DNA from: Selaginella moellendorffii
Taxonomy: Eukaryota > Plantae > Lycopodiophyta
DNA: 64,000 bases
Reading direction: 5' to 3'
Assembly (NCBI RefSeq): GCF_000143415.4
Contig: NW_003314390.1
Coordinates: forward strand, 332,343 to 396,342
Position numbers and translations under genes: made by a program. Below are positions 42,968-55,109 of this stretch, in pieces. The notes under the pieces are model-generated. The model did no database searches. It saw only the letters and a list, made by a program, of their open reading frames with translations, and was not told the DNA's origin. Each line of letters starts with the position of its first letter. Position 1 is the stretch's first letter.

Positions 42968-44890
42968 GTGAAAAAGGAAGGGATAGAAAAAGAGAAATTA
43001 GAGCAACAACAGCAACAAATTTTAGAAACGATATTAGAGAAGTACGACAAGGAGGATAAAGAAATTCAAGTTGCTGAGTTGAGCAACCCAGCCAAAGATA
43101 ACAAAGAACTAAATATCGAAGATGCCCCAGAGTTTGAGGCATTTGAAGAAGCAGAATACATAGCACCAAAGTTTTACTCAAATCTAGATTCACCAAAACA
43201 ACAATTTCACCAAAAAGGTCTACAATTTCAAATGGCAATCATCAACCCAGCGACAGCCATAGGGAACATGATTTCCTATCCCATTTTTACTGGTGGAAAA
43301 ATCGAAGATGTGAACCAGCATCTTAAACAATTTGATCAAATTGTAAAGATGAACAAACAGGAAATGCATCGAGAAATACTTTTCCCATACACACTTAAGG
43401 GAAAAGCATTCGATTGGCATAATACACTCGATGATGCTTTGACCCATGATGAAAAGGTCACACAATTCAAGGAGCAATTCCAGACCGGTGGAACTCCAGA
43501 AGAACACTATGAGATCATCAAAAACTTCAAGCAAAAATCACGTGAAGGAATTCAAGATTACACTCGAAGATTTAAGTTTCATGCAAAGCGCTGCAAGGAT
43601 TTGATAACAGATAAAGGAAAGAGCTTATTCTATATCCAAGGACTAAAAGAAATCTATAGAAACATGGTAGCAATTGCTACTACAACAGAGAATCCAGATG
43701 ATGAAAGTGTTGATACACTCTCCAAAGAAATCCTCACATTGGAAAAGCAATTCAAGCAATTCATAAAAGCTATACCTTCACAAACCGATGACAGTTCAAA
43801 TGATGAAGAAGAGGAAGAAATACGCATTAAGACAAAGAAGAAAACACCAAAAGACCAAAACTTGAAAGATATAATCAGGAAAATCTCACAAACTGAACTC
43901 AAAGCAGGAGTGTGGTGTACAAAGTGTAAAAATGAGGGACATACATATTTAGAATGCAAATTACAGCTTCCAAAGTGTCAAATTTGTGAAAGAGAAGGCC
44001 ATACAGCCAAGAAATGCCGATACAGGAATACAATGGAAGTTTCAAGAATCGAGAATGCTCCTCGACAAGAGCCCAATCCTCAATATCAAGGAAACTGGAA
44101 TCAAAATGCGCGACCACCACGAAATCAACCTCCAAGATATAACAATTATTATCAACATGATGATGATTTGTATAATCAAAGACAAAACTATTACCAGCGA
44201 GACAATAGCAACTACAATAGAATACCCCCTCAAGATCAAAGACCAGACAACTATACTGGAAATTATGGAAGAAACTACAATACATATCAGCAACATGATG
44301 GACCTCATGAGAACTATCAACGTCCTCCCCCACGAAATTATAATTATGATCAAGAACCATATCGGAATTATAATCAAAGACCACCCCAGGCTCAAGGTTA
44401 CAATTACAACCAGCAACTTGCACCGCAGCAAGATAATCGTCCTCGACAACCATACCAAAATGCAAATCGTGAAAATAACCAAGGAGTAAACAATCAGGCT
44501 CCGAGCCCAAGACCACCAGCAGCACGGAATGTTGAGGTAGAAATTGATGAACCACAAACTTTTGAAGAACCAGCAATACGAACTATCATGAGACAACAAT
44601 ACAAGTATCAGCAACCAGATAATCTAGAAGAACAAGATTACAATGATGAAGTTGAAATTATCCCAGAAACCGAATGGAAGAAAAGCAAGAAAATACTTCA
44701 AGCAATTCAGGCTGAATTGCAGGAACAAGAACCACAGGTCATTGAAGACCATGACAAACCATCCAACGATCAACAAACAACAAGTTTCTCTACAGAAGAG
44801 CACACCTCACTTGCAGAACAAATACTGCAACACGGAATCACATTAACCTTACAACAAATACTTCAAATAGCACCATATCTTAAGAGCTAA
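42968..44890 (+). CDS. gag: Retrotransposon Gag
   Basis: Capsid-like LFPYTLKGKAFDW and FKQKSREGIQDYTRRF, knuckles CTKCKNEGHTYLEC and CQICEREGHTAKKC, and an N/Q/Y/P-rich tail. Confidence 0.85.
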   Translation: MKKEGIEKEKLEQQQQQILETILEKYDKEDKEIQVAELSNPAKDNKELNIEDAPEFEAFEEAEYIAPKFYSNLDSPKQQFHQKGLQFQMAIINPATAIGNMISYPIFTGGKIEDVNQHLKQFDQIVKMNKQEMHREILFPYTLKGKAFDWHNTLDDALTHDEKVTQFKEQFQTGGTPEEHYEIIKNFKQKSREGIQDYTRRFKFHAKRCKDLITDKGKSLFYIQGLKEIYRNMVAIATTTENPDDESVDTLSKEILTLEKQFKQFIKAIPSQTDDSSNDEEEEEIRIKTKKKTPKDQNLKDIIRKISQTELKAGVWCTKCKNEGHTYLECKLQLPKCQICEREGHTAKKCRYRNTMEVSRIENAPRQEPNPQYQGNWNQNARPPRNQPPRYNNYYQHDDDLYNQRQNYYQRDNSNYNRIPPQDQRPDNYTGNYGRNYNTYQQHDGPHENYQRPPPRNYNYDQEPYRNYNQRPPQAQGYNYNQQLAPQQDNRPRQPYQNANRENNQGVNNQAPSPRPPAARNVEVEIDEPQTFEEPAIRTIMRQQYKYQQPDNLEEQDYNDEVEIIPETEWKKSKKILQAIQAELQEQEPQVIEDHDKPSNDQQTTSFSTEEHTSLAEQILQHGITLTLQQILQIAPYLKS

Positions 44891-46449
44891 ATACTTAAGA
44901 TTTGTTGTCCACAAATTCCTAATGCTCGCACTCAAGAAAAGCAATTTCCATCTAAATCTGAGAAAGAGAATAACGTCAAAATCCAACCTGGAGATTACGA
45001 TGATAATGTACCTTGTATTGACCTCAATATAGGCAAGAATCAAATCAATGGAGCAATACTCGATGGAGGCTCAGGCGTGAATATAATCGAGCATGGTATA
45101 TGTAAAGCAATGGGACTTGGACCCATACAACCTGCTCCCTTCAATGTCCGCATAGCAGACCAACATGTTGTAAGACCAGCTGGCATAATAAGAGATATCA
45201 CCATTGGAATCAAAAGACACAAGTTCAAGATCAACTTCGTGGTATTAAAAATGCCAATTGAAAAATCCTCTTATGAACTCTTGCTTGGAAGACCATGGCT
45301 AAACAAAGCAGTTTATGCTCAATATTGGATGGACCGTGAAATTTATATACAATTAGACAAAGGACAAATGAAAATAGCTACAACTACAACCAGGAAAATT
45401 CCGAAAAGATTTCAACCAATTCAAGCCCAAGAATACAATTGGCAAGAAGGCTTGGACGACCTTGAAGAAGCCAAACTCCTTGAAGCTTACCCAGAGCTAC
45501 GAGCTTTTCAAGAAATCAATTTACATCATGTACTACCAGTAGTGGCTCAAGACCAGCACCACAACTTAAATTCGATGGACCAACCACTCTACTCTACAAA
45601 GCTACACGCTCAAAGTCAACAAAGATTAAAGATAAAACAACAAAACGAGAAGCCAACTCTCAAGCCTAAACAATTACAATTTAAAGAATACAACATTCAG
45701 ATTGATGATAATCCAGCCCTACAATCTGGAAATGACAACTTTACACCCCGAATTAACCTCAATGAAGAAACTAAAGAACTCAATCTTGGACTTCAAGAAG
45801 ATCCACACAACATACTCATCGCTGCAAATCTTGAAAAAAACTTCAAGATAAAAGCTCAACAATTACTCATAACCTACAAGGACGTTTTCGCATTGTCATA
45901 CAAAGATCTCAAGGGAATACCCCCGGAACTATGTACACATCGCATAGAGTTACTACCAGGAACTTGACCAATTAAGCAAACAGCTTATCACATGAATCCA
46001 AACTTCACTGATAAAGTCAAAACAGAACTCAACAAACTCCAAAATACTGGATTCATTTACCCTATCAAGAATGCACAATGGTTATCACCATTGGTTATCG
46101 TTCCGAAAAATAACAGCAAATTGTGAATTTGTGTCAATTACAAAAATTTGAACGATGTGACGGAAAAAGACTCTTTTCCTATACCATTCTCAGACGAGAT
46201 ACTCGATGCAGTTGCAGGACATAAGATGTACTCATTCCTCGATGGATTTCAGGATATAATCAAGTTNNNNNNNNNNNNNNNNNNNNNNNNNNNNNNNNNN
46301 NNNNNNNNNNNNNNNNNNNNNNNNNNNNNNNNNNNNNNNNNNNNNNNNNNNNNNNNNNNNNNNNNNAAAAAGAAAAAAAGGGGTCCCCCGCGTCCCCCCC
46401 AGACGGCAGTGCGAACCGCAAATGGCATTGACGTTTTGTCGACCTCGAG

Positions 46450-49400
46450 AGTTTCAAAGTCACTTGCATAGCCTTTGCAAAGCTTTTCCAAAATCCACTA
46501 GTGAACTTTGAATCTCGATCACTAATGATGTCCTCCGGCAAACCAAAATTAGGAAAAACCTTCTCCAAGTAAACCGCAGCCAAGTCTGAGGCAGTGACAG
46601 TCTTCCGAAGAGCCAACAACCGCACATACTTCGTCAACCGATCCACTATGACCCATACTTGCTCCTTTTGCCTCTGTGTTCGTGGCAAACAAGTGATGAA
46701 GTCCATAGAGATACTACACCAACGGCTCTGAGGAATAGGTAAAGGTTGCAAAAGTCCCCCCGGCTTCTCCCGTGGCACCTTAACCCGCTGACAAAGCTCG
46801 CATGATTTACAATACTTGAGGATATCAGCCTTCATATTCCTCCAATAAAAGTTGCGCCTAATCAACTCATACGTCTTCTTCCCCCCAAAATGACCGGCCT
46901 CTGGACGATCATGATAGTGGAATAAAACTTGAGTAATTAACGCATCCACCCGTGGCAAATAGACACGGCCATTGTAGTAGAGAATCCCATCCACCAATGA
47001 GAAAGGAGCTTCCATCTGGTCTCGCAAAGAGGCCACCTCAGCATCCTGAGCCTGAGCATGCTCAACCAACTGCCCAAACTCGCTGACCACCTTACTCAAA
47101 TGATGACAAAATCGTGTTCGTAACGTCGTCACATGACGAACACGAGATAAAGCATCCGCCACCACATTTGATTTTCCCGGACGATGCTCAATAGGAAACT
47201 CCCCAAACTCCATGAGTTTGACCATCCAACGAGCTTGCCTAGTGTTCAACTCCTTCTGTGTGAAAAGATACACAAGTGGTTTGTGATCTGTCAACACCAC
47301 GAACACTACACCATAAAGATAGTGCCGCCACGTCCGCAAAGCATGAACAATAGAGAGTAACTCTTGCTCGTATGTGGAATAGTGTTGCTCCGCGGAATTC
47401 AAAGTTCGACTCTCATATGCAATAGGCTGTCCCTCTTGCATGAGAACTCCTCCCAGTGCATAACCACTCGCATCGCATGCCACCTCGTAAGGTTTCGATG
47501 GATCAGCAATGCGAAGCACTGGAGCCTCGATCAACAATCGTTTCAGCGCCACAAAACTCTCCTCTTGTGGCGTCTTCCACTCGAATGGCACATTCTTGCG
47601 TAACAACCGCGTCAACGGAATAGCCACCTCTGCAAACTTATGCTGGAAACGTCGGTAGTAACTAGCCATACCAAGAAAACTGCGCAACTCGGCCACTGTA
47701 GTCGGTGTAGGCCAGTTTTCCACCACAGCCACCTTCCTTGGATCTGTCGTGACACCCTTAGATGTCACAATATGGCCTAGATATTCCACCTCCGACTTTG
47801 CAAATTCACATTTGCTCTTCTTCGCATAAAGTTTGCTGTCTCGAAGTAACGAAAGAACCTTGTGCAAATGCACCCTATGCTCCTCCATATTCTTGCTAAA
47901 AACAAGAATATCATCCAAGAAAATCTCCACAAACTCATGAAGATAACGCCCAAATACCTCCGTCATCAACCGAGTAAATGTGGCCGGTGCATTCGTCAAA
48001 CCAAACGGCATAACGGTAAACTCAAAATGTCCAAAGCTTGTGTTGAATGCCGTCTTGGAGATAGATGCATCATCTATTGCAATCTGATGATATCCACTCC
48101 TCAGATCAATCTTGGTAAACACTCGTGCTTCACCAAGCTTGTCTAGGATATCATCCACACGTGGCATCGGCATCTTGTCCTTCACTGTCTTCTTGTTTAA
48201 AGCACGGTAGTCAATACACATCCGCATTGAACCGTCCTTCTTCTTCACAAGCAAGACCGGAGCACCAAACGGAGACTTACTTGGCTGAATAAATCCAAAC
48301 TCAAGTAACTCCTTGACTTGTCGTTGAACTTCTTGCTCCTCCGCATAACTTAACCGAAATGGACGCCGGTAAATTGGCCGCGTCCCCGGCTCCAATGTAA
48401 TCCCATGCTCCACACCTCGTAATGGAGGCAATCCATGAGGAAGTTCAGATGGAAAAACATCAGAAAACTCATCAAGTACATCCCGTACTGCTGCTTCTCC
48501 CCCACACGTGCCTTGGTCCCCCAAGTCACGAACAAACAGCAAGTAACTTGAAAGTGCTTTTCCATTACGACAAGCCCGCTTCAAAGATGTAGCAGAGAGC
48601 ATAACAACTGGTGGTTGAACGCCCTCGCCAAACCACACATCTTTAACGCCACCATACTCCAGCGAGATACGCTTAATGCTCCACTTTATCTCTGGATCCA
48701 CCTTCACCAACCATGGCATCCCAAGAATGAGATCCACACGATGGATATCCGCGAGATAAAAAGTCTCCACAAGTGTGGTTTTGCCAACCAACACTTCCAG
48801 CCCCTCGACACAAGCATCGAAATGCTGAGCAAAGGTAGCTGCACCTTCCACTGTGTATGGAACAACTCCACGTGTGTTCAGGCGATGCTCCGCAACAAAC
48901 TTTGCCGAAACAAAGTTGTCATCACTCCCACTATCTAGTAAAATCCGCACTGGATCGCCACGGAACACGCCCTCCAGCATTAAAGCTGATTCATGCGTAT
49001 CCTCGAGCTCCATCTTGTTCCACACACAGTTGAGTTGACGAGCAACGATCGAAAGTTTCTTCCTCCGACCGGAATGGTCGTTCTCGTCATCCTCACGCTG
49101 TAAAGCTTGCAACTTTTTAGTATCTGACTTACCGTGAGAAGATGATTGGCCATTCTTCTTGTCCTGCTGCTTGTTCTTCAACTGCGGACAATCAGCCTTG
49201 TAGTGTCCAAGTTCGCCGCAATGATGACAACCCTGTCTATAATTCTTCACAAAGAACTTTTGCTTCTTGGACCCCTTTGCATCTGAAGTAGTCACCACCG
49301 ACTTCAACTTGTGATGCTTGTTCCCCTCCTTGTGTCCACGGCGATCATCACGACGATTCTCGACAGAAGGACTCCGCGAACGCTTGCGAGACTTGTGCTT

Positions 49401-50403
49401 GTCATTGTCAAGGCGACGAGCCGCATCAAAGAGCTCCTCCAAACTCTTTGTAGGCTGAGAATGACGCAAGTGTTGCCGCATGCTCTCACTATGTAGGCCA
49501 TCAATGAAGTAGGACTTGTTCTGATCTGGATCCTTTGTTGGAACACGACTAATCAAGCGAGTAAGCTTCTCAATATAATCCCCGAGCATCATTTTCCCTT
49601 GCTGGAAATGGCGAAGTTCTGTACGAGCATTCTCCACGTCGTAATGAGGGGCAAAACGTAAATGGAAAGCAGCCTCAAACTCATCCATGGTAGACACTGG
49701 TGGTTTCTTATCCGCAACACGGGACTCCTCAAGCCAATTCCACCATCGAAGACCCGCATCACGCAAAACCATCGGAATAGCCACTAAAGCCTCTGCATCT
49801 GGAGTTCCTCTAGCAGCCAAAAACTTCTTCACATTGGCTAGCCAAGCAAGACACTCGTCCACACCACCATCACCGGAAAAGGTTGGAATCTTGAGTCGAT
49901 CTACCAAAGAAGGCTTACTTGGAGCGCTACCCTGTCTAGCCTCGAGTGCCTCAACACGCCCACGCATGGTATCCATCATGCCATGCATCTCGTCTTGCAT
50001 CTCTTGCTGATTTTTATTAAGGGCTCGCAGCTCATGAACCACATCTTGAATGGTCCAAATCTCCACAGCTTCGTCGGCACCATCGTCGGCACCACCGTCG
50101 GCACCACCATCGATGATAGGATTCCAGCGTTCAGCTTGGTCGGCCATCGCAACCAATTCTCTGATACCAATGTTATGATCCGGCACAAAAAGACAAAGAT
50201 CTAGTTGCCCAAGACTATGCTACGCCACCTCTTGAGGTTCCTCACCACCCAACCACCCCCGAGCTACCTCAAAAGCTCCACTGCGCCGCCGCTCCACTGT
50301 GAGCCCTAGGGTAGGTTAAGTCCCTTACCCTAACATGCCTTAATATACCCTTGAGCCTCCCTTTGACCGACGTTGACCACGTAGTCAAAGCTGGCGCCTA
50401 ACA
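46450..50403 (-). mobile_element. Young Ty3/gypsy (chromovirus-like) element with a single intact gag-pol frame, 3' end lost near the gap
   Basis: Short 5' LTR 50171-50403 (TGTTA...TAACA) and Met PBS at 50159-50169. The ORF from about 50147 has a CCHC knuckle, PR LLDSGS, RT FLDDIL, RNase H (CDAS, EQELL, TDH) and integrase (HHCC, ISMDF, SDRD). Confidence 0.93.
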
Positions 50404-51012
50404 TCCACAGCAAATGCAATGGTCAAGGATTGCTTCAACCGAAATGCATCACAGGGCAGTGGTTAAGTGTTTGCTCAAGCTGGCGAATAGATCAACGATG
50501 CAAAGAATGTTTTTGAGAGGAGACATTGTGTCGTGGATGGGAGCATTGAAAATAAGGGAACAAAGCACATTAGCATACCACCACCGCCTCTGCACCTCAA
50601 GCAGAGATCTTTCTCATGGGCTGTCAAAGCTTGATCTGCTTGGTTCTTGAATGAGAAATCCAGTTTTTCATCATGCTCTTTTCATCATAGAAGAGTAGTG
50701 TTGGAGAAAAAGTTCAGCTAAGAAACGTCAAGCCAAGCCATTTCTGCGAACTTATTCTGCTCAAACTTCAAGCTTGAACTTGTGCCAGAGAACAAGGCTT
50801 CTTGCTTGATGTCCATCATGCTGCAAATGCCAGTAATTGAGCTATGCCTGGAAATTTGGTCACCTCATTGAGTTCAACTGCTCAATTGTCCTTCTTTAGT
50901 TGATACTCAAGCCATGAGCATCTCTAATCAAGATTTCTATCAATTCTGGTGAGATACCAAAATGTCCATAAAAGCAAAATCACAATATATAAGCAGTTGT
51001 TAGCAGTCGTGA

Positions 51013-54000
51013 GCAGCATGTCTCTTCAAAGCGAGGGCCTTTGAAGAAGTGGATATCGAGGATATCCAACTCTTCGAGCGAGATCACTGAGGTGATCTTG
51101 ATCGAAGGACACAGCGTGCTGTATCCTCGGAGCCATCGTTCGAGGCCTACTCGTGTACCTGTCCAAATGCCCACTCCATCATCTATGTACCTTCGTAGAT
51201 AGAAGGGCCAGTCTTTGGTGGCATGCTTGTACTCGGCTTCGAGAGAGCAGAGGAAGAGGCAAGCGTAGACCACTGTGAGTTGGAGCCCATTGCTGTGCCG
51301 CGGATCTGCTGGTAGATGTTACCGTCAAACTCCACGTAGTTGTGCTCCAGGATGAGGGCAGCCGCAGCCATGAGGAACCACGAGCATGTGGTGCTGCCGT
51401 ACTCGGCAAACACAAAGTCACGGAGGCGTTGGAGACCTCATGTGGGGATGCTTGGGTAGAGGCTCTCTACGTTGAACGTGAAGAGCCAGCAATCCTGTGG
51501 GAGCTGTAGGTGGAGGAGGTCCTGTAGCAGCGTGTGCGAGTCGGAAAGAAATGTTGGCTGCTTCAGCAGGATGTCGTAGAGCTGGCGGTGAAGCCAATGC
51601 GCGAGAGGCTCCCACAAAGTCTTGATGTAGCTCGCAATGGGTTGGCCCTTTATTGGCTGCTTGTGTATTTTTGGAAGAAAATAAATCATGCAAGCCTGCC
51701 GAGGTACGGCGGGCTGGTGCAGCAGGAACTGCTGCATGGAGTTGTCGAGCCACGAGCAGCTGCGGTACTTTGTGATGAGCTCGGCAAGGCATTCCTGGAG
51801 AGATTTGGATGGCACGGTGGGGACCTTCACATAAACGAGTGGGTCGTTCAGTTGGCGGAGAGCCTCCTTCATGTACCAATCGCGATCCAGCACCACCTCT
51901 CCAAGGTTTTTGTCCGCAGGCTTGATGACGATGGATGTGTCTGTTGCGAGAGAGTGGAGAGCACGCTTTTTCCAACCGTGAGCGAAGGAGCGAGGCTTGT
52001 GTGCTCCTTCCAGCCTGTGGAGCAGGCTGCCTCGCACGTGTGCAAGGCGCCGTTCCACATGCGCTGGTGCTGGAGGTGGCTCGAAGCTCGGGTTCGGTAC
52101 TCGAAACTCCGGCAGGGCTGAGTCGTCGTCCTTGAAGAGGTGACGGAGTCAGACGGCTCGGCAGAGAGCATCAGAGCTTTCCACGATCTGTAGGGCTCTA
52201 AGCGGTGCCAGGTTTGGGATGTACCTCAGGCCGAGGGAGAGGAGGCGGATCTCGGCAGCCGAAAGAGCCCTGCTCGAGAGGTTGTGTACGGCTCTAGTCT
52301 CCACTCGATTCTCGAACTTCGAGACTGGCCGTTGTCCCGCAGTGTCGAGGATGGCCTTAGACGGACTGGTCAGTGGTGACCAGTAGTCTTGAGGATTCCC
52401 CTCATGGGGACTTTGGCGGTTGGCAAGCGTGAGCGCGAGTGAGAGCGGCGTCGTGGTGCTGGGGTCCTGCTCCTGCGGCTGCCAGGGGTCTGGCTCTGTC
52501 CAGGGCGAGGTCGAGGGCTGCGTGTGTGAGCTCCCTTGCTGCCTCTGGTCGGTGAATGTCCTCGCGGTCGCTGGGGACCTAAGTTGACCGGTGCCGGTGT
52601 CGTGGAGCGAGGGTGCTGCTGCGGGGAGCTGCTGCGGCTGGAACAGTGAGGGCCATCGCGTCCAGCGTTCTTTTCGTGGGAACCATGCTGGGCTGGAGAT
52701 GTCCGGCGCAGAGTCCCCCTCGAAGAAGAAGCCAATGCAGCAGAATGGGTGGGAGGAGTCCCAGTAGCCCCGTTCCGCCGCTGTCCGTTTCCCTGGTCGT
52801 TGCGGGCGGGTGTTGCCGACCGGGATCCGGCTTCATCAGCGTTGGCGGCAAAGGAGACACGGTGCTTCTTGCCCAAATCCTGCGCATGCTTACCCGGTGT
52901 GCCGTCACGTTGCTCTCGCGCTTTGTTCTTCTTTTCTCGCTTTCTCTTCTTTTTTCCTGCATTCGACGGCGTAGCATGTCACTGGCTTTGGAGGGCCTTC
53001 GTAACAGCGGCGTTCACAAGCTCTGCGATGGTCTGCTCCTTGGGGAGGGCATCCACAGAGGCGTTCGCCACATCGATGGCTTCCTCCAGTTGCCGCGTCG
53101 CCGTCGTCTGCACTCGTGCTCGATTCCCTTGCCGGCCATAAAGAACGATGTCTCAGTGTGGAACTTGAGGGTACACCGTTGCTTTAGAGCGAGCAGGTGG
53201 TGGTAGACAGCATCATGCTCCGTGGCGCTGCAGTAACTGAGTGTGGAGGTGACGAGATCCTCGAGTCAGCTGCAAAAGAGATCCCTGAGACCCGAGGAGA
53301 CAAGTCTCTGGAGTGTCTCGATCTCGTCCTCACGAGCCTTAATGAGAATGTCATGCAGCTCCTTGAGATAGCGCTCGTGCGCCTCAGCAATTCTGCTCGT
53401 GAGGCCGTCCTGGGCATGTCGAGACACCTTGAGCTTTGGTGGGCGTGTGTGGAGCGACTGCAGGCATTTCTTCTGCTCTTTCAGGTCCTTGAGGCCCTGG
53501 AGAGCTGATCTCGATGACACCAGAGTGTTGTACTCTTGCAGAAATTCTCACAGGGAGCTCGCAAGGATGCTGTTGAAGGCTCCATTGATGTTCTTGAAGC
53601 CTCCAAGTGTGTAGCCATCTTCTGCTCCAGTGGCCAGTGGCGGAGGTGGCGCAGCCGGTGGCTCGGGCATATGTCCCGGGGCTGGCTGGCCTGAGCATCG
53701 CTCTGGCTGGGGAGGGATGGCCTCAGCATCTGTGCATGTCCTCTGTGCTGCTGGGTGGTCTCGCGGTGGCAGAGCGACCGGAGGGTCCACTGGAGCAGGG
53801 GGAGGACGTCGCAGCTCCTGCGATGCTGCACGCTGAGATGCATGCGTCTGCGTTGTGCGTGTCGAGGGTGCCCGCTGTGCTGGTGAGGCCCGTGGTGTCA
53901 GGGGTGGCGGTCCAGCCTCGGGAGAGCGAGGTGTGGACGGCCGTTCTGGCATCGAGGTGTGAGGAGGCGTTCGTGGAGTCCGTGGCGAAGGTGTCGGGCG

Positions 54001-54944
54001 CGGAGGCGTAGACACCGGCTGCTCCTGTCGGTGGGACGTGGTGGGCCTGGGCTGGATAGGTCGTGAGACAGAGCCATGCATCGCGGGTGATAGAGGCTGT
54101 CGTAGCAAGCCAGGTCCTGGAAGGCCTCTCTCCGATGGGGGTCGCTGCTCTGCTGCCATGGCAGGGGCAGGCCTGGGTGGCAATGACACAGGATTCGGCA
54201 CCACGGGTGGTGGGAAGATCCGTCACATCGCTGTAGCACTTGACTCTCGCGTTCGTCGTGGATGGCCTCAGCGAGGAGCTGGGAGTGTTCCCGCGACGAG
54301 GTAGCTCGTGACATGGTTCCCAGCTCAAATTGAAGCACTGGAGCTGGAGGAACTGGAGCGTAACCTGTCTCTGCAGTAGCCATGGCGTGGTTGGAGCTCC
54401 CTGGTGCTGCTGGCCTTGGTGGTATGAGCAGTGAGGGGTCCATGACGTCGTGACTGTCCAGTATAGGCACTAGAGCGGCAGATGGTAAAGGTGGCTGTGG
54501 CATCGCTGGCATCACTGGGTGTCACTGGTGGCAGCCGTAGTGCTGGGGACAGCCGCGGTGCTAGAGACGCTGCACAGCGCTGGGCGGCGCGGGGTGGTAC
54601 CGGGTGTTACAGGTGGTACCGCGCGTCTGCCCTGCCCTCTCCTCCTCTCTGGACGCGTACCACGTACCGCCTGAATATTCCGAGAATATTCCCTGCAAAG
54701 TGAACCACGTTTTTCGTCGCCGGGTACGCACAAGTGACACAAGCATTGTGGACGTAACGCATGCATCATATCATGCCGCGTTTACAAGTTATCTTGCGTC
54801 GAAGGTACGTCACCCGCCGGACGAATGCTTACTGTTTTCGGCAATCCGCCGAAGTCATTCTCCGCGACTACCACTGCTGTGGAGTCACCAACCCCAGCTG
54901 TGCTACGTTCGCATCCTCATGAGCCAACGCCGCCATGCACTTCG
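51013..54944 (-). mobile_element. Telomeric EN-minus Penelope-like element copy 1 (oldest, degenerate, 3' end missing)
   Basis: Homologous to 60425-63675 with frameshifts and CpG-type substitutions. RT is cut after GPRFEET. It has an extra 5' region at 54240-54670 and an inverted 3'-UTR segment at 54673-54944. Confidence 0.93.
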
Positions 54945-55109
54945 GTTTACGGTTTAGGGTTTAGGGTTCAAGGGTTTAGGGTTTAGGGTTTAGGGTTTAG
55001 GGTTTTAGGGTTTAGGGTTTAGGGTTTAGGCGCGTTTAGGGTTTAGGGTTTTAGGGTTTAGGGTTTAGGGTTTAGGGTTTAGGGTTTAGGCGCGTTTAGG
55101 CGTTTAGGG
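54945..55109 (+). repeat. Interstitial telomeric tract 1 (TTTAGGG)n with GGCGCG variants
   Basis: Seen directly in the sequence. Confidence 0.98.

Larger units (their letters stand above)
40080..46266 (+). mobile_element. Ty3/gypsy (Tat/Ogre-like) retrotransposon, 5' part, truncated at an assembly gap
   Basis: Candidate LTR 40080-40504 (TG...CA, TATAAAA near 40186) and PBS TGGTGACCACGGTGGGAT at 40506-40523 (Arg-tRNA-like, from recalled tRNA sequence). Gag 42968-44890 has two CCHC knuckles, the protease motif is ILDGGSGVN, and RT begins with DSFPIP...YSFLDGF. In-frame stops are present. Confidence 0.8.

Noticed and set aside
46367-46450. Novel C-terminus of the gypsy integrase
   Set aside because: Homopolymer-rich sequence next to an N gap, containing GTCGACCTCGAG (SalI-XhoI, polylinker-like). 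It is probably low-quality or vector sequence.
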